A DNA stretch of 64,000 nucleotides from Gammaproteobacteria bacterium (GTDB taxonomy: Bacteria; Pseudomonadota; Gammaproteobacteria; UWMA-0217). The position numbers and the translations under genes are program-made. The stretch covers positions 2,141 to 66,140 of the forward strand of contig JALWKV010000025.1 of the NCBI GenBank assembly GCA_027081275.1, written 5' to 3'. The notes below the pieces were generated by a model that saw nothing but the letters and a program-made list of their open reading frames with translations, did not search any database and was not told the DNA's origin. This document shows positions 53,019 through 64,000 of the stretch, one piece after another (positions within the stretch are counted from its first letter, which is position 1; each line of letters starts with the position of its first letter).

Positions 53019-55010
53019 ATGATGGATCCGGTTTATCTGCTTATCCCGTTCGCGCCGCTGCTCGGCTCGATCATCGCTGGCCTGTTCGGTGGCAGGATCG
53101 GTCGCAAGAATTCGCATCGCGTCACGATCGCCGGCGTCGCGATTTCGTTTATCTGTGCCGCAATCGTCTTCAAGCGCTTTGCCATCGACGGCGCCGAGCC
53201 GTTCAACGCGACGCTCTACCAGTGGGCCCTCAGCGACGGCATCAGTTTTCAGGTCGGCTTTCTGATCGACAATCTGACGGCGCTGATGATGGTCGTCGTC
53301 ACCTTCGTCTCGCTGATGGTGCACATCTACACCATCGGCTACATGGCTGACGACGAGCACAACTGGCCGGAATACAGCCTCGCCGGCAGGAACAGCTACC
53401 AGCGCTTCTTCGCCTATATCTCGCTGTTCACCTTCTCGATGCTGATGCTGGTGATGGCCAACAACTTCATGCAGCTGTTCTTCGGCTGGGAAGCAGTGGG
53501 GCTGGTCTCCTATCTGCTGATCGGCTTCTGGACCACGCGCGAATCGGCCATCTACGCCAATCTCAAGGCCTTCCTCGTCAACCGTGTCGGTGACTTCGGC
53601 TTTCTCCTCGGCATCGCCACGATCCTGATGTACGCGGGCAGCCTCGACTACATGCCGGTATTCGCCCAGGCCGAGGAGATGGCGCACGAGACCATCAATA
53701 TCTTCGGCGACGTTCAGTGGTCGGTCATTACCGTGGCCTGCATCCTGCTCTTCATCGGCGCCATGGGCAAGTCGGCGCAGATGCCGCTGCATGTCTGGCT
53801 GCCCGACTCGATGGAAGGCCCGACGCCGATCTCGGCGCTGATCCATGCCGCGACCATGGTTACCGCAGGCATCTTCATGGTGGCGCGGATGTCGCCGCTG
53901 TTCGAGCTGTCCGAGGTGGCGCTGTCGTTCGTGCTGGTGATCGGCGCGCTGACCGCCTTCCTGATGGGGCTGGTGGGCATCGTGCAGAATGATATCAAGC
54001 GGGTCATCGCCTATTCGACGCTGTCCCAGCTCGGCTACATGACGGTGGGCCTCGGCGCCTCCGCATACGCGGCCAGTATCTTCCATCTGATGACCCATGC
54101 CTTTTTCAAGGCGCTGCTGTTTCTCGCCGCCGGCTCGGTCATCATCGCCATGCACCACGAGCAGGACATCCGCAAGATGGGCGGGCTACGCAAGTACATG
54201 CCGATCACCTACGTCACCTCGCTGATCGGTTCGCTGGCGTTGATAGGCTTTCCCGGCTTCTCCGGCTTCTTCTCGAAGGACTCGATCATCGAAGCGGTGT
54301 CGCTGTCGACCATCCCCGGGGCCGGTTTCGCCTACTGGGCCGTGCTGCTGGGCGTCTTCGTCACCGCCTTCTACAGCTTCCGCATGTTCTTTCTGGTGTT
54401 CCACACCGAGGAGCGAATGGATGATCATACCCGCTCGCATCTGAAGGAGTCGCCCTGGGTCGTCACGCTGCCGCTGGTGCTGCTGGCGATTCCGTCGGTT
54501 GCCGCCGGGATCTATATCGATCCGATCGTCGTCGGCGACTTTTTCAAGGGTGTCATCTACGTCGAGCATGAGCATGGCGCGATCCACCATTTGACCGAGC
54601 ATTTCCACGGCCTTGTGCCTTTCGTCGAGCATGGCCTGATGGCGCCGCCGTTCTGGCTGGCGATGGCGGGGCTGGTGTCGGCCTGGTTCATTTACATCCG
54701 CAAACCTTCGATCGCCGACGCCACGGCGCGGCGCTTCAACGGTCTCTATCGGCTGCTGCTCAACAAGTATGGTTTCGACGACTTCAACGAGACGGTATTC
54801 GGCGCCGGGTTCCGTAAGATCGGGGATCTTTTCTCCAATATCGGCGACCGCCTGCTGATCGACGGGCTCGTCGTCAACGGCGCGGCTAAGGTCGTCGCCG
54901 TCTCGGCCAGCGTGCTGCGGCATCTGCAGACCGGTTATCTGTATCACTATTCATTCGCAATGATTCTGGGACTTGTCGGGCTGCTCGGCTGGTTCGTGCT
55001 GAACGGTTAG
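53019..55010 (+). CDS. nuoL: NADH-quinone oxidoreductase subunit L
   Basis: 663 aa antiporter-like. GWEAVGLVSYLLIGFW and GKSAQMPLHVWLPDSMEGPTPISALIHAATMV. Confidence 0.96.
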   Translation: MMDPVYLLIPFAPLLGSIIAGLFGGRIGRKNSHRVTIAGVAISFICAAIVFKRFAIDGAEPFNATLYQWALSDGISFQVGFLIDNLTALMMVVVTFVSLMVHIYTIGYMADDEHNWPEYSLAGRNSYQRFFAYISLFTFSMLMLVMANNFMQLFFGWEAVGLVSYLLIGFWTTRESAIYANLKAFLVNRVGDFGFLLGIATILMYAGSLDYMPVFAQAEEMAHETINIFGDVQWSVITVACILLFIGAMGKSAQMPLHVWLPDSMEGPTPISALIHAATMVTAGIFMVARMSPLFELSEVALSFVLVIGALTAFLMGLVGIVQNDIKRVIAYSTLSQLGYMTVGLGASAYAASIFHLMTHAFFKALLFLAAGSVIIAMHHEQDIRKMGGLRKYMPITYVTSLIGSLALIGFPGFSGFFSKDSIIEAVSLSTIPGAGFAYWAVLLGVFVTAFYSFRMFFLVFHTEERMDDHTRSHLKESPWVVTLPLVLLAIPSVAAGIYIDPIVVGDFFKGVIYVEHEHGAIHHLTEHFHGLVPFVEHGLMAPPFWLAMAGLVSAWFIYIRKPSIADATARRFNGLYRLLLNKYGFDDFNETVFGAGFRKIGDLFSNIGDRLLIDGLVVNGAAKVVAVSASVLRHLQTGYLYHYSFAMILGLVGLLGWFVLNG

Positions 55011-55022
55011 GAGAGAGAATCC

Positions 55023-56537
55023 ATGTTTGCAGACTGGCCGTTGTTGTCGATTCTTGTCTGGCTGCCGATCGTTGGCGGTTTCGCGCTGCTCGCCGTCGGG
55101 GAAAACAACCAGCCGCTGGTGCGCAAGCTGGCGCTGGCGATCGCGCTGCTGACCTTCCTGCTCAGCATTCCGCTCTATACCGGTTTCGACGCGTCGACAT
55201 CGGCGATGCAGTTCGTCGAGAAGCACCCGTGGATCAGCAGCTTCAATATCCACTATCACCTCGGCGTCGACGGCATCTCGATGCCGCTAATTCTGCTGAC
55301 GACCTTCACCACGGTGCTGGTCGTCATCGCCGGCTGGGAAGTCATCCAGTACCGCGTGGCGCAGTACATGGCCGCCTTCCTGATCCTCGATGGCGTCATG
55401 GTCGGCGTATTTGCCGCGCTCGATGCGGTGCTGTTCTATCTGCTGTTCGAAGCGATGCTGATTCCGATGTTCATCGTCATCGGCATCTGGGGCGGGCCGC
55501 ACCGGGTCTATGCGTCGATCAAGTTCTTCCTCTACACCTTCCTCGGCTCGGTGTTCATGCTGATCTCGCTGATCTACCTCTACACCCAGTCGGGCAGCTT
55601 CTCGATTCTGGACTATCACGCCATGCCGATCGGCGCGCAGGCGCAGACCTTTATCTTCCTCTCGTTTCTGCTGGCCTTTGGCGTCAAGGTGCCGATGTGG
55701 CCGGTGCACACCTGGCTGCCGGACGCCCACGTCGAGGCGCCGACCGGCGGTTCCGTGGTGCTGGCGGCGATCATGCTGAAGATCGGCGGCTACGGCTTTC
55801 TGCGCTTCTCGCTGCCGATCACGCCGGACGCCAGCCGCGCGCTGGACTGGCTGGTGATCTTCATGTCGCTGGTGGCGATCGTCTATGTCGGCTTCGTCGC
55901 GCTGGCGCAGAAGGACATGAAGAAGCTGATCGCCTACTCGTCGATCTCGCACATGGGCTTCGTTACGCTTGGCTTCTTCCTGCTCTACACCATCATCGAG
56001 AACACCGGCGCCACCACCGGCGCAGCGATGGGCATCGAGGGCGGCATGGTGCAGATGATCTCCCACGGTTTCATTTCGAGCGCGATGTTCCTCAGCGTCG
56101 GCGTGCTCTATGACCGCATGCACAGCCGCAATATCGGCGACTACGGCGGCGTCATTCAGGTGATGCCGGTATTCGGCGCCTTCTTCGTGCTCTTCGCCAT
56201 GGCCAATTCCGGGCTGCCGGGCACCTCGGGCTTCGTCGGCGAGTTCATGGTCATTCTCGCCAGTTTCCGCGCCAATTTCTGGTTCGCCTTCCTTGCCGCG
56301 CTGACGCTGATCCTCGGCGCCGCCTACACGCTGTGGATGGTCAAGCGCGTGGTGTTCGGCGATGTCGCCAACGAGAAGGTGGCGGCGCTGACCGACGTGA
56401 CGCCTCGGGAGAAGATTTTCCTCTGGGCGCTGGCCATCGCCATCATTGCGCTGGGCGTCTACCCCAATCCGCTGCTCGACGTGATGCATGAGAGCGTCGC
56501 CCATCTGATCCAGCAGGCCGCTGGTTCGAAACTGTAA
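55023..56537 (+). CDS. nuoM: NADH-quinone oxidoreductase subunit M
   Basis: 504 aa with VKVPMWPVHTWLPDAHVEAPTGGSVVLAAIMLK. Confidence 0.96.
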   Translation: MFADWPLLSILVWLPIVGGFALLAVGENNQPLVRKLALAIALLTFLLSIPLYTGFDASTSAMQFVEKHPWISSFNIHYHLGVDGISMPLILLTTFTTVLVVIAGWEVIQYRVAQYMAAFLILDGVMVGVFAALDAVLFYLLFEAMLIPMFIVIGIWGGPHRVYASIKFFLYTFLGSVFMLISLIYLYTQSGSFSILDYHAMPIGAQAQTFIFLSFLLAFGVKVPMWPVHTWLPDAHVEAPTGGSVVLAAIMLKIGGYGFLRFSLPITPDASRALDWLVIFMSLVAIVYVGFVALAQKDMKKLIAYSSISHMGFVTLGFFLLYTIIENTGATTGAAMGIEGGMVQMISHGFISSAMFLSVGVLYDRMHSRNIGDYGGVIQVMPVFGAFFVLFAMANSGLPGTSGFVGEFMVILASFRANFWFAFLAALTLILGAAYTLWMVKRVVFGDVANEKVAALTDVTPREKIFLWALAIAIIALGVYPNPLLDVMHESVAHLIQQAAGSKL

Positions 56538-56552
56538 CGGTGAGTCAAATCG

Positions 56553-57986
56553 ATGCCTGATCTTACGCCTGCAATCCCCGAGATCTTTCTGCTGACGATG
56601 GCCTGCGTCGTGCTGGTGGTCGATCTGTTCCTCAGGCAGGAGCAGCGCCATCTCACCTTCTGGCTGACGCAGTTGACGCTGGCCGGACTGTTTCTGCTGA
56701 CCTGGAACGGCATGCAGGCCGGAACCGTCACCACTTTCGGCGGCAGCTTCATCCGCGATCCGCTGTCCGACCTGCTCAAGCTGTTCACCTATGTCGTCAC
56801 GGCAGGCGTGCTGCTCTATTCGCGCGATTACCTCCGCGACCGCAAGCTCTACAAGGGCGAGTATCCGGTGCTGGTGCTGTTTTCGCTGCTCGGCATGATG
56901 GTGATGATCTCGGCCGGCAGTTTTCTGACGCTGTACATGGGGCTGGAGCTGCTGTCGCTGTCGCTCTATGCGCTGGTGGCCTTCAATCGCGACTCCTCCG
57001 AGGCGTCGGAGGCGGCGATCAAGTACTTCGTGCTCGGCGCACTGGCTTCCGGCATGTTGCTCTACGGCATGTCGATCCTCTATGGCCTCACCGGCACGCT
57101 GGATCTGGCCGCGGTGCAGGAGCGGCTCGCCGCGGCGTCGGATGGGGCGCGGGTGCCGATCCTGTTCGGCATGGTATTCGTCATCGTCGGGCTCGCGTTC
57201 AAGCTCGGCGCGGTGCCGTTCCACATGTGGATGCCCGATGTCTATCAGGGCGCGCCGACCTCGGTGACCGCCTTCCTTGGCACCGCGCCGAAACTGGCCG
57301 GCTTCGCCATCCTGCTGCGCCTGCTGGTCGACGGCATGGGCGGCCACCAGGCCGACTGGGGGCAGATCCTGATGCTGCTGGCGGTGCTGTCGCTGGCGAT
57401 CGGCAACATCGTCGCCATCGCGCAGAGCAACATCAAGCGGATGCTGGCCTACTCGACCATCTCGCATGTCGGTTTCATCGTTCTCGGCGTCATGATCGGC
57501 AACAGCGATGGCTACAGCGCCGCGCTCTTCTACACCATCATCTATGCACTGATGTCGCTGGGCGCTTTCGGCGTCATCCTCGTACTCAGCCAGAAGGGCT
57601 TCGAGGCCGAGAATCTCGCCGACTTCAAGGGTCTCAACGAGAGCCACGCCTGGATCGCCTTCCTGATGCTGGTGCTGATGGCGTCGATGATCGGCATTCC
57701 CGGCACGGCCGGCTTCATCGCCAAGTTCTGGGTGCTGCAGGCGCTGGTCGAATCCGGCCATGTCTATCTCGCCGTCTACGCGGTGCTGATGTCGGTCATC
57801 GGCGCGTTCTACTATCTGCGCGTTATCAAGCTGATGTACGTCGACAAGTGGGAGCGCGACCGGATACCGCTGCCGGCATCCGATCCCGGCAACGTTGCGC
57901 TGTCGATCAACAGTCTCGGCATGATCTGGCTGGGTCTGTTTCCGGGCGTGCTGATGGCTGCCTGCCTGGCCATTTTCGCCGCCTGA
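56553..57986 (+). CDS. nuoN: NADH-quinone oxidoreductase subunit N
   Basis: 477 aa with FKLGAVPFHMWMPDVYQGAPTSVTAF. Confidence 0.96.
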   Translation: MPDLTPAIPEIFLLTMACVVLVVDLFLRQEQRHLTFWLTQLTLAGLFLLTWNGMQAGTVTTFGGSFIRDPLSDLLKLFTYVVTAGVLLYSRDYLRDRKLYKGEYPVLVLFSLLGMMVMISAGSFLTLYMGLELLSLSLYALVAFNRDSSEASEAAIKYFVLGALASGMLLYGMSILYGLTGTLDLAAVQERLAAASDGARVPILFGMVFVIVGLAFKLGAVPFHMWMPDVYQGAPTSVTAFLGTAPKLAGFAILLRLLVDGMGGHQADWGQILMLLAVLSLAIGNIVAIAQSNIKRMLAYSTISHVGFIVLGVMIGNSDGYSAALFYTIIYALMSLGAFGVILVLSQKGFEAENLADFKGLNESHAWIAFLMLVLMASMIGIPGTAGFIAKFWVLQALVESGHVYLAVYAVLMSVIGAFYYLRVIKLMYVDKWERDRIPLPASDPGNVALSINSLGMIWLGLFPGVLMAACLAIFAA

Positions 57987-58040
57987 CGCGGCGACAGCGG
58001 CAGGCGAAATAGGGGTGAGGATCTTTTTCCCGAACAGGGG

Positions 58041-58069
58041 TTGATTATTGCGGGGGGCGGTACTATTAT
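58041..58069 (+). promoter_or_regulatory. candidate sigma70 promoter for the initiator tRNA / rimP-nusA-infB operon
   Basis: TTGATT, 17-nt spacer, TATTAT. The -10 box ends 13 nt before the mature tRNA 5' end. Confidence 0.5.
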
Positions 58070-58082
58070 TCGCATCCTCAGT

Positions 58083-58159
58083 TGCGGGGTGGAGCAGTCT
58101 GGCAGCTCGTCGGGCTCATAACCCGAAGGTCGCAGGTTCGAATCCTGCCCCCGCTACCA
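58083..58159 (+). tRNA. metY: initiator tRNA-fMet (anticodon CAT)
   Basis: 77 nt and nearly collinear with the E. coli initiator: ...GGGGTGGAGCAG.CTGG.AGCTCGTCGGGCTCATAACCCGAAGGTC... Three consecutive G:C pairs close the anticodon stem, and position 1:72 is unpaired. Sits upstream of rimP-nusA-infB, like E. coli metY. Confidence 0.88.
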
Positions 58160-58169
58160 AATTGTACGG

Positions 58170-58190
58170 GCCCCTTTCAGGGGCTTTTTT
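58170..58190 (+). terminator. intrinsic terminator directly after tRNA-fMet
   Basis: GCCCCT-TTC-AGGGGC followed by T6. Confidence 0.7.
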
Positions 58191-58196
58191 ATTGTT

Positions 58197-58352
58197 CGTC
58201 GGAACGCCGCCGTTGGTGGTTCCGGCGACTGCGGTTCGAGCGGCGATTCTCGCTCCCTCGCGAAGGCGAAAGCGGGCCGTCGGCAGACCGGGAAGGCGCC
58301 AGGCAGGAAGGCGCTGTCCGGCCGATCCGCCGGCGGGAATGCGTTTCCGTCG
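58197..58352. repeat. about 156-bp imperfect palindrome, family 3-like, copy G
   Basis: Arms CGTCGGAACGCCGCCG...GGCGACTGCGG and the reverse complement CGACGGAAACGCATTCCCGCCGGCG...GGACAGCGCC. Shares GGCGACTGCGGT and CCCTCGC with copy F. Confidence 0.4.
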
Positions 58353-58374
58353 GCAGCAGATAACGATGATAAAA

Positions 58375-58396
58375 AGGGCCCCATGGCCCTTTTTTT
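58375..58396 (+). terminator. second intrinsic terminator before rimP
   Basis: AGGGCC-CCAT-GGCCCT followed by T7 and preceded by A5. Confidence 0.7.
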
Positions 58397-58411
58397 GTTG
58401 GTGAAAAACGC

Positions 58412-58887
58412 TTGAGTGATATCGAAACACTGGAGGCTCTAATAGAGCCGGTCGTCAACAGCTTCGATTGCGAGTTGTGGGGCGTGGATTACAGGCCGAT
58501 GAACCGGTCCGCCTTGCTGCGGGTCTTTATCGACAGGCCGGATGGGGTAACGCTGGATCACTGCTCGCAGGTGAGCTATCAGCTCAGTGGCCTGCTCGAT
58601 GTGGAAGATCCGATCAAGGTGCCATACACGCTGGAGGTCTCCTCTCCCGGCATCGACCGGCCGCTGCTGCGGCTGGAGCACTACCGGAACAATATCGGCC
58701 ATGACGCCAAGGTGCGCCTCAAGTGGCCGGTGGAGGGTGCGCGCAATTTTCGCGGCGTCCTCCAGTCGGTCGAGGGCGACGAAATCACTATGAATGTGGA
58801 TGGCAGGGAAATCGCTTTTCCGTTCGACGCCGTGTCGCGAGGAAGGTTGATTGTCGACGTGCAGTTTGGAAACAAGGGTAAGACGCG

Positions 58888-58891
<4 letters not shown>
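58412..58891 (+). CDS. rimP: ribosome maturation factor RimP
   Basis: 159 aa, TTG start. [24 protein letters not shown]. Confidence 0.9.
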
Positions 58892-60387
<1,496 letters not shown>

Positions 60388-60405
60388 TGAAAGGGGGAGA
60401 TTCCC

Positions 60406-62960
<2,555 letters not shown>

Positions 62961-62961
<1 letters not shown>

Positions 62962-63320
62962 TGCCGAGAGAGTATCCACGAGCGCTGCGGCTGGCCGAGC
63001 AGATCCACCGCGACCTCGCCGAGCTGATTGCCCGCGAGGTCAAGGATCCGCGCGTCGGTATGGTGACGATCAACGAGGTCGAGGTCTCGCCCGATCTGAC
63101 CCACGCCAAGATCTACTACACGCTGCTGTCCGGCGATGCCGAGGAGACGCGGCACGGTCTGGAGCGGGCCAAGGGATTTCTGCGCTCGCGGCTCGGCAAG
63201 GAGCTGCGCATCCGCTTCACGCCGGAGCTGCGCTTCATCTACGACGAGACCGAAGAGAAATCGGCCGAGCTGGAAGCCCTGATCGCCAGGGCGCGGGCCC
63301 GCGACCGGCAGGAGCAGTGA
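62961..63320 (+). CDS. rbfA: ribosome-binding factor A
   Basis: 119 aa with RLAEQIHRDLAELI..EVKDPRVGMVTINEVEVSPDLTHAKIYY. ATG overlaps the infB stop. Confidence 0.93.
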
Positions 63321-64000
63321 TGGCGAGACGGAAGCGACGCGGCCGCAATGTCAGCGGCGTATTGCTGCTCGACAAGCCGCGGGGACCGACCTCGAATGCG
63401 GCGTTGCAGCGGGTGCTGCGGATCTACCGCGCAAGGAAGGGCGGCCATACCGGAGCGCTCGATCCGCTGGCGACCGGAATGCTGCCGATCTGCCTTGGTG
63501 AGGCGACCAAGCTGTCGCCCTGGCTGCTCGACGCCGACAAGCACTACGAGGTGACGGCGAGGCTTGGTGAAGCAACCGATACCGGTGATGCCGAGGGCGA
63601 GATCGTCAGGCATTGCGACATACCCGACTTCGACGCCGTGACTCTGGAGCCGGTGCTGGCGCAGTTTCGCGGCGAGATCATGCAGGTGCCGCCGATGTAT
63701 TCGGCGCTGAAGCGCGATGGCCGACCGCTCTACGAGCTGGCGCGGGAGGGCAAGGTCATCGAGCGCAAGGCGCGGCCGGTGACGATCAGCCGTCTGGTCC
63801 TCACCGGGCTGTTGCCGGATGGGTTCACCCTTGAGGTGAACTGCTCGAAGGGCACCTACATCCGCACGCTGATCGAGGATATCGCCGCGGCAATGGGCAG
63901 TTGCGGCCATGTCGCGCAGCTGCGTCGCAGCCACGTCGATCCCTATGCCGGCGAGCCGATGGTCACCTTCGATGAAATCGAACAGGCCGCCGAGCAGGGC
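63320..64000 (+). CDS. truB: tRNA pseudouridine(55) synthase, 3' end cut by window edge
   Basis: Not in the ORF track because it is open-ended. My translation gives MARRKRRGRNVSGVLLLDKPRGPTSNAALQRV...GHTGALDPLATGMLPICLGEATK. ATG overlaps the rbfA stop. Confidence 0.9.
   Translation, partial: MARRKRRGRNVSGVLLLDKPRGPTSNAALQRVLRIYRARKGGHTGALDPLATGMLPICLGEATKLSPWLLDADKHYEVTARLGEATDTGDAEGEIVRHCDIPDFDAVTLEPVLAQFRGEIMQVPPMYSALKRDGRPLYELAREGKVIERKARPVTISRLVLTGLLPDGFTLEVNCSKGTYIRTLIEDIAAAMGSCGHVAQLRRSHVDPYAGEPMVTFDEIEQAAEQG

Overview
High-GC (about 60-65% by eye) chromosomal backbone segment of a proteobacterium, most likely a gammaproteobacterium. As far as I recall, the gene order follows the Pseudomonas-type block: smpB, ratA, rnfH, bamE, recN, grpE-dnaK-dnaJ, dapB, carAB-greA, yhbY/rlmE-ftsH-folP-glmM, tpiA-secG-tRNA, then rimP-nusA-infB-rbfA-truB. 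Relative to that order, nadK and hrcA are added, and a complete 14-gene nuoA-N operon sits between tRNA-Leu(GAG) and the initiator tRNA. The left end carries pyrG-kdsA-eno, ftsB-ispD-ispF, cysS, a secreted thioredoxin/NHL protein, a DUF2069-wrbA-arsC block and mltD-methyltransferase-rnhA-dnaQ. I call about 60 CDS and 2 tRNAs, with many ATGA/TGATG stop-start overlaps. I see no CRISPR array, no transposase or integrase, and no recognisable defence system. Only 10.1-15.2 kb looks accessory: a kinase-less FHA + PP2C + tandem-cNMP/rhodanese + HD cluster plus a small lipoprotein, bracketed by two copies of the same repeat. The most unusual signal is non-coding. At least seven 130-170 bp imperfect palindromes in three apparent families sit in intergenic gaps. 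One has CTAG target-site-like flanks and now supplies the last six codons and the stop of kdsA. Smaller items are a GGA-rich terminator-bounded RNA candidate downstream of rnfH, an initiator tRNA with a U1:U72 mismatch, and a perfect hairpin in the carA leader. All protein calls rest on motif recognition and synteny by eye; no database search was possible. I cannot claim a clearly novel system, and the signalling cluster and the palindrome families are the best candidates.
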